64,000 bases of DNA from Planktothrix sp. GU0601_MAG3 (GCA_035193785.1 CP136572.1:1088001-1152000), one strand, 5' to 3'; counted from the stretch's first letter, positions 12,578 to 24,451 are shown. Notes: generated from the letters alone by a model not told the origin. Translations and numbers: made by a program.

Positions 12578-13215
12578 CCGAGATACCTGCAAAATGGGAC
12601 AGGTTGTAACGATTTATTACAAACAATCGCTGAAATCCTTACACAGAAGGGGGTTTATTGGCTACTTTGCGGTTAGTGACAGGTTCGCTATTTCCAAGCC
12701 AACTACAGATTTCATCAACGTACAATGCTCTTGCCAAGGCACGAGCTTCTTGTATGTAAGCTTCTCGTCCAAAAACAGGACGTTCAGCAGGGATATAAGC
12801 CAAAGGACAACCGACTTTTCCATCCCAGCAAAACAGTGCTTCAATCAGTTCTTCGTCAGGTCTGAGGTCGCTGCTTTCATAGTTACGCCCAGCGCCGAGA
12901 GTGGTTTTCCTCAGTTCCAAACCATTAGGCCACATGAGAGTAATTCCCATTTCCCGCGCACCATTGGTAATGTCGAGGATCTCTTGTCGCCCTTCAGGAA
13001 AGAGTCCACGGGCGAGGAATTGATCGGAACCGATATTTTGCCTTCTGCATCGTATAGTCCGGTTGCTGGAGGTTCAATCAGTCCAATTGTGGGATACTTG
13101 TTAGCTGCCATTGGGACTTAAACAAAAATAAGGAGGAGAATAGACTATAACAGTTAGGGTCGTCGCCGAGATAGGTGCAAAATGGGACACATTGTAAATA
13201 AATATTACAAACAAT
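12578..13215. repeat. Two 50-bp direct repeats (12578-12627 and 13166-13215; 42/50 identical)
   Basis: ccgagata..tgcaaaatgggaca..ttgtaa.....tattacaaacaat at both positions. Confidence 0.85.
12639..13111 (-). pseudogene. Degraded gene fragment, possibly B12-binding/radical SAM-like
   Basis: N-terminus IGLIEPP resembles B12-binding radical SAM starts; coding-like pieces spread over three frames; no CxxxCxxC seen. Confidence 0.35.
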
Positions 13216-13300
13216 ACCTTGTCTATTGTCTAGTTTAAAAATGCTAACAATTTTTGATCTTAAATGCCCAGTTCAAGCATTGAGCCTATGGTAATACAAT

Positions 13301-14032
13301 TTAGGATAATTTTTGAGCGTGAGTTTTTTTAAAAACAATACAAGTAACCGAAATATCCCTAAATAACCATAAACTATAACGCAGGGAATTAAGCCATCGT
13401 AGCGGCTGATAAATTGGTAACAATAGTCGAATCATCATTACTATTAAATAGAGAAAAGGTGGTACAGATGTACACTGAATTAACTTGCCACCTTCAATAA
13501 TTTCGCCGTGAACCATTTCCAATTCAGGAAAAAGTTGACACAATTGATTGATGTTAGGACGAAATAGAGTATCAATAGGGTCTAAATGTAAAGGGAATTT
13601 ATATGGAACTGTCACAAATAAATAGCCATCAATAGGAATAATAGAGCTAATCTTATGACAAATTTCCTCTGGATTTAAAATGTGTTCCAATAAATTAGAA
13701 CAAAGAACCGATTTGATTTTCAATTCTGCAATTTTTTCCAAAAAAACGAGATCATTTAAGTCTCCTACTAAATCAACGCCGCCGTCTTGTTTTAGGTCAG
13801 TGTGGATCACCAAATTACCCTTTTCTCTAGGAGATCTGAATAAATATTGATCTATCCAAGGTTGTTCTTTTTCTCGAAAATTTTTGCTAGAACTCCCAAG
13901 ATTTAAAAGAGGAAAAACGGTTTTTTCATCAAGAGAATTAATCATTTTTCCTAACCATTGTGCTTCTTCTCGTAACATAATATTTTTGACGGTTGGTGTT
14001 TGGGCTAATTCAGGTTGCTCAATCAATAACAT
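13301..14032 (-). CDS. Class I SAM-dependent methyltransferase-like protein
   Basis: LLNLGS, VDLVGDL, CSNLLEHI, GYLFVTVPY..PLH.DP.D. Confidence 0.7.
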   Translation of the reverse strand: MLLIEQPELAQTPTVKNIMLREEAQWLGKMINSLDEKTVFPLLNLGSSSKNFREKEQPWIDQYLFRSPREKGNLVIHTDLKQDGGVDLVGDLNDLVFLEKIAELKIKSVLCSNLLEHILNPEEICHKISSIIPIDGYLFVTVPYKFPLHLDPIDTLFRPNINQLCQLFPELEMVHGEIIEGGKLIQCTSVPPFLYLIVMMIRLLLPIYQPLRWLNSLRYSLWLFRDISVTCIVFKKTHAQKLS

Positions 14033-14073
14033 TAAATATTTAGCTAATTGTTGTTTTAGCTGTTAAATCGTTA

Positions 14074-14361
14074 ATGATTGTTTTTGATAAGTTTAAATAT
14101 ACCTCAGCAAAAATTAGTTCTAAATCTAATAAATTGAAGAGGGAAGTTGAAAAAATTATGGTTTCAACTTCTAATCTTATCACCTTAGCGGAGCAATGTT
14201 TAAAAGATACAAAATTTAGAAAACAACTAGCTAAACAGAAACAAATTAAGACTCTACAAATGAAAATCTTAGTTTGTGCATCTGTTTTAGCTTTTGTTAC
14301 TCCGCTTAGATTGCAAACTGTCAAACTGATTCATTCTACACTCAATATTGTTTTGAACTGA
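14074..14361 (+). CDS. Hypothetical protein (doubtful)
   Basis: 95-aa ORF only; no recognised motif. Confidence 0.25.
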   Translation: MIVFDKFKYTSAKISSKSNKLKREVEKIMVSTSNLITLAEQCLKDTKFRKQLAKQKQIKTLQMKILVCASVLAFVTPLRLQTVKLIHSTLNIVLN

Positions 14362-14535
14362 ATATGCCGATTTATTCACATTATAGGGATTAAACCCAAT
14401 AAGGTTTTAACCTTGGGGGGAAATAATTTTACTTTGTCCTTCACTATCGCTTACAATAATAGACTACACCTTTACTTTTGACCTCTGGCTTAACGGCGAG
14501 AATTAATACAGTAATTGGACTATTAACATTTATAA

Positions 14536-16096
14536 ATGCCTGCCAACTATACCGAACTGGAAAAACGCCTCTGGGAAGCCGCCGATGAAACTGCGGGCTA
14601 ACTCCAAACTCAAGCCCTCGGAATACTCCGTACCCGTACTGGGGCTGATTTTCTTGCGCTATGCGGATTATAAATTCAGTTTAGTTGAACAGGAATTAGC
14701 GGGGGCGAGTACCCGTCGCCGCAGTGTGGGGAAGGTGGACTACCAGGCGAAAGGGGCATTATATTTAACAGAAAAAGCCCGGTTTGATTATTTGCTGAAT
14801 TTGCCGGAAGCCGAAGATATTGGTACAGCCATTAATCAAGCGATGAAAGCCATTGAAGATGAAAATGAAGAATTAAAGGGAATTTTACTTAAAGATTATA
14901 ATCGGTTAGAAAAACCGACGCTGCGAGAGTTATTGAAAACGTTTAATCGAATTAAATTAGCCGAAATTGGTGAGGATGCCTTTGGAGAAATTTATCAATA
15001 TTTTTTGGGTAACTTTGCCCAGAAGGAAGGACAAAAAGGCGGGGAGTTTTTTACTCCGATTTCTATAGTTAAGTTAATAGTAGAAGTGATAGAACCGGAT
15101 TATGGATTGATTCTTGACCCGGCCTGTGGGGCGGGGGGAATGTTTGTCCAAAGTGCGATGTGGGTGAGGGAAAAGTTAGGACGTGACCCGAATACTGCGA
15201 TTAGTGTTTATGGTCAGGAAAAGACGGAAGGAACGGTTAAATTGTGTCAGATGAACTTAGCGGTTCATGGGATTTCGGGTTTACGGAATATCCGCCAGGG
15301 AAATACTTATTATGAGGATATTCACAACTGCGTAGAACAGTTTGATTTTGTGATGGCAAATCCACCCTTTAATGTGGATGGAGTGGATAAAGAAAAGTTA
15401 GAAAATGACCCTAGATTTCCTTTTGCTAAACCGAAGGTAGACAATGCGAATTATCTTTGGATTCAGTTATTTTATAGTGCTTTAAATAATACGGGACGGG
15501 CGGGGTTTGTGATGGCGAATTCTTCTTCGGATGCGCGGGGTTCTGAATTAGAAATTCGTCAGGAATTGATTAAATCTGGGGCGGTGGATGTAATGATTGC
15601 GGTTAGTTCTAATTTCTTTTATACGGTAACATTGCCTTGTACGTTGTGGTTTTTGGATAAAGGAAAGGCGAAAAATCATCGCAAGGAAAAGGTATTATTT
15701 ATTGATGGGCGGCACATTTACCGACAAATTGACCGCGCCCACCGAGAGTTTACCGATGAACAAATAGAATTTATTTCTAATATTGTTAAATTGTACCGGG
15801 GGGAAGCACCGGACACGAAAAATGGCAGTAAAATATTACTGGATACTAATTTTCCAGAGGGGGCTTATCAAGATGTGGCGGGGTTATGTCGGGTGGCGAC
15901 AAGGGCGGAAATTGAGGCGCAGGGTTGGAGTTTGAATCCTGGGCGTTATGTGGGGGTCGCCGAACGTCCGGTGGATGATTTTGTTTTTGCTGAAAAGTTG
16001 GAAGAATTGAATGAGGAGTTGGAAATTTTAAATGTAGAAGCGAGGGAATTAGAAGAACGAATTGCTGAGAATATCGCGCAAATTTTGGGAACTTGA
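14536..16096 (+). CDS. hsdM: Type I RM methyltransferase subunit; apparent frameshift near 14588
   Basis: [13 protein letters not shown] after correction, [21 protein letters not shown]. Confidence 0.95.
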
Positions 16097-16115
16097 TTAA
16101 TTAGTTAACTGTTCT

Positions 16116-16449
16116 ATGAGACTCCCCAATCCTGAAAGAAGTATCATTGATGAAGAAAAACTATCTGGTTATTGTCTGAATCCCAGACATTCAGATGGTC
16201 AACACAAAGCACGGGTGTTTGAATCGGCTTTAGGGATGGGGATAGATGATTCCCCAGAGTTAAGAGTTGCCCTGATGCAAGCTATCCAAACTACTGATGC
16301 CGTTTCTGGATAAACGCAGTCCATACGGGCAGAAATATAGAGTAGATTTTCTAATGGTGAGAGGGGAAAAACAGGCAATGGTACGCAGTGTTTGGATTGT
16401 GCGGGATGATGAAGATTTTCCTCGGTTGATAACTTGTTTTGTTCTGTAA
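16116..16449 (+). CDS. DUF6883-like protein; apparent frameshift near 16303
   Basis: LPNPE..IIDEEKL.GYCLNP.H..G.HKARVF..ALG, continuing YGQKY...SVWIV...PRLITCFV after correction. Confidence 0.75.
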
Positions 16450-16466
16450 TTAGGAGGCATGGAAAG

Positions 16467-16700
16467 ATGAATTCACAAATGAAGTTATTGGATGTGGTGG
16501 CGTTAATTGAAGATATGCCAGAATTAGGTTTATATCGGGGTCAGGTGGGGACAATTGTGGAAGTGTACGAACCGGGTGTTTTTGAGGTAGAATTTAGTGA
16601 TTTAAACGGTCGGGCTTATGCTATAGAGACTTTGAATTCTAATCAATTAATGCTTTTGCATTATCAGAGGTTCTCTGAAGAAATGTTAGTTAAAAGTTGA
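16467..16700 (+). CDS. DUF4926-like protein
   Basis: LLDVVAL.ED....GL.RGQVGTIVE.....FEVEFSD..GR.YA. Confidence 0.85.
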   Translation: MNSQMKLLDVVALIEDMPELGLYRGQVGTIVEVYEPGVFEVEFSDLNGRAYAIETLNSNQLMLLHYQRFSEEMLVKS

Positions 16701-16731
16701 GATTTTTAAATGAAAGAGAGTTTTACTAGAA

Positions 16732-17049
16732 ATGATTGAAACTAAAACGTTAAAAATTGAGATCCCAAAGGAAGAAATAGAACAATTTTGTCAGCGTCAC
16801 CATATCCGCAAGCTGTCTTTATTTGGTTCGGTGTTGCGGGATGATTTTACGCCGGAAAGCGATATTGATTTTTTAGTGGAATTTGAACAAGGGAAAACTC
16901 CAGGTTATTTTAAGTTAGTCAGTATGGAAATGGAACTTTCCGAACTTCTGAAGGGGAGAAAGATTGACTTAAGAACTCCGAATGAGTTAAGTATTTATTT
17001 TCGAGATAGAGTGATAGTTGATGCTGTGGTGCAGTATGATAGCAATTAG
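16732..17049 (+). CDS. Minimal nucleotidyltransferase (MNT, MntA-like antitoxin)
   Basis: LFGSVLRDDF...SDIDFLVEF...KIDL. Confidence 0.9.
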   Translation: MIETKTLKIEIPKEEIEQFCQRHHIRKLSLFGSVLRDDFTPESDIDFLVEFEQGKTPGYFKLVSMEMELSELLKGRKIDLRTPNELSIYFRDRVIVDAVVQYDSN

Positions 17050-17093
17050 GGAAAAATTACTGAAAATATTAGAATGTTGTTGGAGGTAAAGAT

Positions 17094-18382
17094 TTGAGAA
17101 CTGCTACTGCTACAAAAACGAAATGGATAGAGAGAAAAATTGGTGATGACTGCATCATTGGAGATGGTGCACACGCAAAAATCCAAAGACAGACATCAGG
17201 CGTTATGTATCTGACTTGCAAAAATTTTAAAGAAGGCGGTCTTGATTTATCTAAAGTTGATTATATTTCAGAATTAGATTACCTAAAATACTTTAAAGAA
17301 AATTCAAAAGCATTAACAAAGCTAAAAGCTGATGATGTCGTTTTTAGTATCATTGGTACAATAGGTGAGCCTTATTTAGTTAAAAGTCAAGATTCCTTTG
17401 GGATTTCTAGTAGTGTAGCTATCTTAAGACCAAATAAAACTGTTTTATTTCCCAAATATATTTATTATTGGATAAAGGGTCATATTTTTCAGAATGCTCT
17501 GTACGGGATAAAAGGTGGGGTAGCACAGGGATATGTCAGCCTTGAAATGATTAAATCGCTACCTTTGTATTACCCAGAAACTAGCTGTGCAAGAAAAAAT
17601 TGCTGCGATTCTCTCAACTTATGATGACCTAATCGAAAACAATACGCGACGAATAAAAATACTGGAAGAAATGGCGCGATCGCTTTATCGTGAATGGTTC
17701 GTTAACTTCCGTTTCCCCGGACACGAACAGGTTAAAATGGTTGATTCAGAATTGGGTTTAATTCCTGAAGGTTGGGAAGTTGTCAGTTTCACAGACATTG
17801 CTGATATTTTAAGTGGTGGAACTCCTAAAACGAAAATATCTGAATACTGGGGTGGCGATATTCCCTTCTTTACGCCTAAAGATGCACCATCATCTTTCTA
17901 CGTGATAGAAACAGATAAAAGTATTACCCAACTCGGTTTTAAGAAATGTAATAGTAAGCTGTATCCAAAAGATACAGTATTTATCACCGCTAGAGGAACG
18001 GTAGGTAAAGCAGTCTTAACAGCAGTAGACATGGCAATGAACCAGTCTTGCTTTGCTTTGAAAGGGCGAGAAAATATTAATCAATATTTCGTTTTTTTAA
18101 CCATTAACAACTACGTCCCCCATCTTAAGCAAACTGCTAGTGGAGCTACTTTTGATGCAATTACCATAGATAACTTCCGTAGATTGATGATAGTAAAACC
18201 GTCGCTTGTTTCTGCAAACAAAATTCGGTATTATAATTAAGCCTTTTTTTGAAAAAATACTTAATCTTTTAAAGAAAAATGATAACCTCCGCCGTACCCG
18301 CGACCTCCTCCTCCCCAGACTCATCTCCGGTGAAATAGATGTTGAAAACCTCGATATCAAAACCGGAAATATTGCCGCCTAA
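17094..18382 (+). CDS. hsdS: Type I RM specificity subunit; apparent frameshifts near 17578 and 18209
   Basis: Two TRDs; QEKIAAILSTYDDLIENN, LYREWFV.FRFPG, IPEGW, and C-terminal TRDLLLPRLISGEIDV after correction. Confidence 0.92.
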
Positions 18383-18475
18383 ACCACCCATTACAAACCC
18401 CATTATTCCCCTATGACCTACCAACTTAAAATCGACTACCCCGAAAATGCCTAAAATCTAACCTTTAAAATTACC

Positions 18476-21400
18476 ATGCTTAACCCAGACTCAGAACCAG
18501 CCCTAGAACTCGAAACTATTAAACTTTTTGAACAACTCGGCTATAATACCGCTAATTGCTATTCTGAAAAAATCGGCAATAACAGCACATTAGGACGAGA
18601 AACCAAAGCTGAAGTTGTGCTAATTTCCAAACTTCGCCCCGCTTTAGAAAAACTTAACCCAACCCTCCCAACCGAAGCAATTCACCTCGCTATTGAAGAA
18701 CTTATTCGTGACAGAAACGCCTTAAGTCTCGCCAACGCCAACCGCGAAATTTACAAACTCCTCAAAGATGGCGTAAACGTCACCTACCGCAACACCGACA
18801 ACCAAGAAATTACCGAAAAAGTCCAAATTATCAACTGGAAAAACCCAACCGAAAACAACTTTTTCCTCGCCTCTCAATTCTGGGTATCGGGGGAAATGTA
18901 CACCCGCCGCGCTGATTTAATTGGTTTTGTTAACGGTATTCCCCTATTATTTATTGAATTAAAAGCCCATCATAAACGCTTAGATTTAGCTTATCAAAAT
19001 AACTTCTGCGATTATAGAAATACCATTCCTCAACTGTTCTGGTACAACGGAATTGTTATCTTCTCCAATGGAACAGAAAGCCGTATTGGTAGCGTTACCG
19101 CCAATTGGGAACACTTCGCCGAATGGAAAAAAATCAACTCCGAAGGAGAAGCCGGGATGATTTCTCTTGATACCATGATTCGGGGAACCTGCGAGAAAAC
19201 TAAATTATTAGATATTATCGAAAACTTTACTTTATTTAGTGAAGAAAAAGGGCAAATTATTAAACTTGTTGCTAAAAATCATCAATATCTCGGTGTGAAT
19301 AATGCTATTGAAGCCGTTAAAAAAATTCGGGAAAATCAAGGACGTTTAGGGGTATTTTGGCACACCCAAGGTAGCGGTAAAAGCTTTTCGATGCAGTTTT
19401 TCTCTCAAAAAGTTCACCGCCAAATTACGGGTAATTGGACTTTTGTTATTATCACCGACCGAGACGATTTAGACAACCAAATTTATAAAAATTTCGCCAA
19501 AACGGGCGCTGTCACCGAACCGGAAAAAGAAGTTAGGGCGAAAAGTGGCGACCATTTAAAACAACTATTACAAGAAGATCATCGTTATATTTTTACATTA
19601 ATTCAGAAATTCCGCACGGCTAAAGGTGAAAAATACCCGCAACTTTCCGACCGAGAAGATGTGATTATCATTGCTGATGAAGCCCACCGTAGCCAATATG
19701 ATACCTTTGCAAAAAATATGAGACGCGCCTTACCAAAAGCCGGATTTATTGGCTTTACAGGTACGCCTTTAATGATTGGAGAAGAAGCCACTAAACGCGA
19801 GTTTGGCGATTATATTAGTGTTTATAATTTCAAACAATCAATCGAAGATAACGCCACTGTTCCGCTATTTTATGAAAACCGGATTCCACAATTACAACTG
19901 GTTAATACACAACTGAATGAAAATATTGCCTATGCGATTGAATTGGCTGATTTAGATGAAGAAGCAGAACATAAATTAGAACGGGAATTTTCGCGGGAAT
20001 ATCATTTAATTACCCGTGATGAACGGTTAGAAACAATTGCCCAAGATATCGTTACTCATTTTTTAGGACGGGGACACCAAGGAAAAGCCATGGTGATCTC
20101 TATTGACCGCTTTACAGCCGTTAAAATGTACGACAAAGTACGGGCATATTGGCAACAACATTTAACCACCTTGCAAAGTCAATTAGACACCGCAGAAGCC
20201 CCAAAACGAGAACACCTGGAAGGGATGATTCACTATATGCAAACGACCGATATGGCGGTGATCATTTCTCAATCTCAGAATGAAGTAGAAACGTTTCGGA
20301 ACAAAAAATTAGATATTCAACCGCACCGGAAACGGTTAGTTAATGAAGCATTAGACGAAAAATTCAAAGATGCAGATCATCCCCTGCGAATTGTGTTTGT
20401 TTGTGCCATGTGGATGACGGGGTTTGATGTTCCCAGTTGTTCGACGATTTACCTCGATAAACCGATGTTAAATCATACCCTCATGCAAACTATTGCGCGG
20501 GCAAATCGGGTATTTAAAGATAAAGTCAATGGGCTAATTGTTGATTATATTGGGGTGTTTAGAAACTTGCAGAAAGCCTTAGCCATTTATGGTTCGGCTT
20601 CTGGCGGGGGAGTCCAAGAAGGAGATACTCCCGTACAGGCAAAAACGGCGTTAGTGGCGGAGTTGAGAAAGGCAATATTAGAAGCGACTAATTTTTGTAC
20701 AGAACGAGAAATTGATTTAGAAAAACTGCAAGCTGCGACGGTATTGGAACGAATTAAATTAATCTCAGAAGCAGTAGAATCTATTCTAATTAATGATGAA
20801 TCCAAACAGCGCTATTTTGCCCTCGTTGGAACTGTGGATAAACTTTATAAAGCGATTCTACCCGATCCCGTTGCTGATGATTTTATCTCGGTGCAGTATC
20901 TATTAATAATGATTAAAGAACGTATTCTTTCTCAAACACCAGAAGTAGATATTTCAGAGGTCAAAGCAACAGTTGAATCAATTTTAGATCAATCCATTGG
21001 AACTTTAAAATATGTGATTTCTGAATCTGAACCCATTATCGATTTAAGTCAAGTTGATTTTGAAGCATTGAAGGCTAAATTTGCCTCTGGTTATAAACGC
21101 ACGGAAGCCGAAAAACTTAAAGGAAAAATTAGCATCAAGCTGACCCAGATGGTTAATCTTAATAAAAGCCGGATGAATTATTTAAACAAGTTTCAGCAAA
21201 TGATAGATGAATATAATGAGGGTTGTCGCAATATTGAAACATTCTTTCAAGATTTAGTAGAATTTGCCCAAGAATTAAATATTGAAGATCAACGGGCTAT
21301 TTCTGAAAATCTGGAAGAGGAAGAATTAGCAATTTTAGATTTACTAACCCAACCCGACATTGATTTAACGGAAAAAGAAAAGCAAGACGTTAAAAAAGTT

Positions 21401-21625
21401 GCACAACAGTTATTAGAAACCCTCAAACGGGAAAAATTGGTGTTAGATTGGCGCAAGCGACAACGAACCCGTGCGGCGGTACAGGTAGCCGTTGAGGAGA
21501 TTTTGGATCAGTTACCACCGAGTTATTCTACCGAATTGTATGAGCAGAAGTGCCAAGAAGTTTATCAGCACGTTTACGATTCTTATTTTGGTCAGGGAAG
21601 AAGCATTTACACCCGTGTTGCTTAA
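18476..21625 (+). CDS. hsdR: Type I RM restriction subunit
   Basis: D..GFVNGIP..IELK nuclease motif, WHTQGSGKS, DEAHRSQY, GFTGTP, TGFD, QTIARANR. Confidence 0.97.
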   Translation: MLNPDSEPALELETIKLFEQLGYNTANCYSEKIGNNSTLGRETKAEVVLISKLRPALEKLNPTLPTEAIHLAIEELIRDRNALSLANANREIYKLLKDGVNVTYRNTDNQEITEKVQIINWKNPTENNFFLASQFWVSGEMYTRRADLIGFVNGIPLLFIELKAHHKRLDLAYQNNFCDYRNTIPQLFWYNGIVIFSNGTESRIGSVTANWEHFAEWKKINSEGEAGMISLDTMIRGTCEKTKLLDIIENFTLFSEEKGQIIKLVAKNHQYLGVNNAIEAVKKIRENQGRLGVFWHTQGSGKSFSMQFFSQKVHRQITGNWTFVIITDRDDLDNQIYKNFAKTGAVTEPEKEVRAKSGDHLKQLLQEDHRYIFTLIQKFRTAKGEKYPQLSDREDVIIIADEAHRSQYDTFAKNMRRALPKAGFIGFTGTPLMIGEEATKREFGDYISVYNFKQSIEDNATVPLFYENRIPQLQLVNTQLNENIAYAIELADLDEEAEHKLEREFSREYHLITRDERLETIAQDIVTHFLGRGHQGKAMVISIDRFTAVKMYDKVRAYWQQHLTTLQSQLDTAEAPKREHLEGMIHYMQTTDMAVIISQSQNEVETFRNKKLDIQPHRKRLVNEALDEKFKDADHPLRIVFVCAMWMTGFDVPSCSTIYLDKPMLNHTLMQTIARANRVFKDKVNGLIVDYIGVFRNLQKALAIYGSASGGGVQEGDTPVQAKTALVAELRKAILEATNFCTEREIDLEKLQAATVLERIKLISEAVESILINDESKQRYFALVGTVDKLYKAILPDPVADDFISVQYLLIMIKERILSQTPEVDISEVKATVESILDQSIGTLKYVISESEPIIDLSQVDFEALKAKFASGYKRTEAEKLKGKISIKLTQMVNLNKSRMNYLNKFQQMIDEYNEGCRNIETFFQDLVEFAQELNIEDQRAISENLEEEELAILDLLTQPDIDLTEKEKQDVKKVAQQLLETLKREKLVLDWRKRQRTRAAVQVAVEEILDQLPPSYSTELYEQKCQEVYQHVYDSYFGQGRSIYTRVA

Positions 21626-21638
21626 GGCGGCACCCTGT

Positions 21639-21753
21639 ATGGCGTAGAAATATCGAAATTAACACGAACCGCAAAGTAGCAAGTTTTTTCCTTCTGTATA
21701 AGGCTTTTGCAGGTTCAACTTGCACAGTTTTACACCAATCTTGGCTCAATGCC
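21639..21753. mobile_element. IS/MITE-like end remnant, paired with 35176-35224
   Basis: 21719-21753 and 35190-35224 are 31/35 identical direct repeats ending ggctcaatgcc; 21639-21652 is the reverse complement of 35176-35189. Confidence 0.6.
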
Positions 21754-21996
21754 TATTAATACAATATTTCTGATTCATCTATTTCTTCCCCGTCAATTAT
21801 TAAAGGAGCAGGAGGCAAAGGATCATCCATTACAACCCCGTCAAAGCTTTTCGCCATCTGCGTGGCAATCAGCCAATCAGGGTCGGGATTGGATACTCAA
21901 ATCCACTGTTAACACTATTCAGTCTTGCAAACTTGCCCATTTATGAACCCAACTAGGCAATGTTTGAAAGACATAAATACATTGCTACCTTAAATT

Positions 21997-23628
21997 TTGA
22001 ATTTAGTGAATAACTATGAAACCTCCACAGAAGTACAGACGGGCAATCTCTACACGGAATTTTATCAAGATCCTAATAATCCCCAAAATTATTTATTAAT
22101 CGAAAAGTGGAAAGATTACTCCAACTTAGATCAACATCAAAGTTCAACCTTTTACCAAGAATTTATTACTCAACTGAATACTTTGGTAGAAACCCCGGTT
22201 GGTCAGTCCATTGAAACCATTGATACAGACTCCTATGGCAAGAATCAAAAAGTTTTGGTAGGAAAATTCCAAGCAAAAGAAGGAACAAGAGAACAGATAA
22301 AAGATCTGGCTAGTCAGTTAATCTAAAAAACTCAGGCTAATGAGCAAGGCAAAATTTTGGCTTTTGAGTTCTATGAAGATCCGCAGCAACCTAATCAATA
22401 TTTATTTTACGAGAAATATATTGATGGGGCTGCATTAACTGAACACTTAGGAACCCAATATACCAAAGATTTTTTTGCAAGCTTCGCGCCTTTATTAGTC
22501 GGAAATGGAATAGCCGATGCGGATGTTAATATCTACTCAATGCACGCTCCTGGTTCTCCCCTAAGTCAAGTTTATTCGGTTCAAAAAGGAGGCGTAGAAC
22601 TTCTAAATCAATTATTTCAGGAAACTCCTCAATTATCTATTACTTTAACCAGCAGTCAAGGACTTTTCGCAGCCAATAATCAAAATCAAACCCCAGGGAT
22701 AGGAATTAATCTACTCTTTACAACAGAAAATTCGGGTAATCAACCTGTTGAATATGGGGTTTTTCAGGTAGATGATAGCAATAATAGTATTAAGGGATTA
22801 TTGCCGAATCAACCTGGGTATTTAGAAGCTGTTCGGGAACGTGCAGTTCCTCTATTCAATACCCATGTAAATCAGGGTTCCGCACTGCCAAATCCGTCTC
22901 GAAATCTTCCGGTTCAAACTACTCATGGTTATGCCATTTATCAAGTAACAGGAGGTTCCCTTAAAGATTCTAACGCCATAGTGAATCTCTCCTTCCAAGA
23001 TCCTCAATTTGTTATGCAGCCTAATGGTCAGGGATTGTCTTTTCAATTTTCTAACGGATTAGGGGGAAGTGTTGCTTTAAATGGCCCTATACAGAACTTC
23101 CAAGACACCATTAGTCAACCCCAACGCCGAGGGTTTAATATCTTTGATACTTCAACCATTACTGATCGTCAAATTAAAACAGATGTTCAGGTTGTCAAAG
23201 ACTCAGAATTAATTCATCAAATTGGGTTTTATCCTGTTAAAGATGAACAAGGAACAGTGTTAGATCCAGTCACTAATACTCTGGTTAAACCGGGTGATCC
23301 GAATTATGCCAATGTTGCTTTATCTCAAGCGACTAACTTCCAGTTTAATACGGGTACATTAACGCCAGGGCAAGTCACAAATTTAGATGACTTCGTGATC
23401 AATAGTGGGAATTTGTACGCTCCTGTTGTGACAACTATTGCTGATACGTCTACAACTTATTTTGCTTACAAAGAAGCAAATCCTGATCAATCAACTCGGA
23501 TTATTTCTCTAGGAACGAATTCTTTTGGGATTGAAGATGGGCGCATCGGTGCGACTGATAATGACTTTAATGATGTCATGTTCAGTTTGAATTTTACCTT
23601 TGCTGAACCGCCTTATCCTATTGTTTAA
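21997..23628 (+). pseudogene. Tandem ABM (antibiotic biosynthesis monooxygenase-like) domains fused to a DUF4114-like C-terminus; in-frame TAA at 22324-22326
   Basis: FYQDP....YLLIEKW..HQ and FYEDP...YLFYEKY...EHL repeats; C-terminal FAY.EANPD...LG.N.FG.ED....D.DFND; both ORFs share a frame. Confidence 0.65.
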
Positions 23629-23961
23629 ATTTTCAATTAGGGTTTTATTAGCTCTAGTCATCGATAAAATTGAGATTAGAGCCAATAAATCGCTTGAAAA
23701 AATGATTTGAATAAAACAGAGTCATTAAATTAGATAGGTAAAATTTATCCAGCTTAATTGACTCTAATTAATTAGGGCATTCTATTGTATTAAATTAAAT
23801 ATTTTTTACTGTTGGAGTCTATTATCAATAGGCAAAATTTATGTTGAGCATTTTGATTTTTTAAATCGAAAATTAATTAAAGAAATTAGTTGACAAGCTA
23901 TTATGCTTATGTTATTTTGATAATGTGAGATCAAAAAATAAAAATCAGAAATAAATATCTT

Positions 23962-24429
23962 TTGATCGAATTTACTTCTATGCTTTTGAGTAAGCTCAAA
24001 CATTCAAAATTTTTTCTAATATTAATGGGGGTTGTTTTAAGCATCACCTTAATATTGGGAAAAAGCCCTTTACTAAATGCACAGCCTGATCAGGGACAAA
24101 TTGATAACAGTAATCAACCCAGTGTTCCTGTTCTTGTTGCTTCTCGCTTTGAAATCAAACCAGAAAAGCGTGAGGTTTTTCTCGATGTTGCCACTAAATC
24201 TTTAGAATTCAGTCGCTCTGAACCTGGGAATATTAGCTATGGGTTTTATGAAGATCCAAATGTTCGCAATTCTTTCATTTATTTTGAAGAATGGAAAAGC
24301 CGAGAAGATTTAGCGCAACATTTGAAACAACCCTACGCAAAAGCAGTGGTTGATAACTTTCCTGACTTCGTAAAAGGAACAGTAGATTTCAAGGTTTACG
24401 ACATCAAAAGTCTAACTACGAAATTGTAA
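23962..24429 (+). CDS. Exported ABM-family (putative quinol monooxygenase-like) protein
   Basis: Hydrophobic signal peptide; SRSEPGNISY.FYED.....F.YFEEW.S..DL..H. Confidence 0.8.
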   Translation: MIEFTSMLLSKLKHSKFFLILMGVVLSITLILGKSPLLNAQPDQGQIDNSNQPSVPVLVASRFEIKPEKREVFLDVATKSLEFSRSEPGNISYGFYEDPNVRNSFIYFEEWKSREDLAQHLKQPYAKAVVDNFPDFVKGTVDFKVYDIKSLTTKL

Positions 24430-24451
24430 AAATTGCTAAGGATTTTAGGTT

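Noticed and set aside
12605..12621. NtcA box within the 50-bp repeat
   Set aside because: GTA-TAC spacing is N9 rather than N8
12594..13121. 175-aa plus-strand ORF, and similar short antisense or alternate-frame ORFs in the track
   Set aside because: No motifs; they overlap better-supported genes or repeats
14536..21625. GAAC error motif as the target of this type I RM system
   Set aside because: No second half-site consensus was visible upstream or downstream of the affected sites
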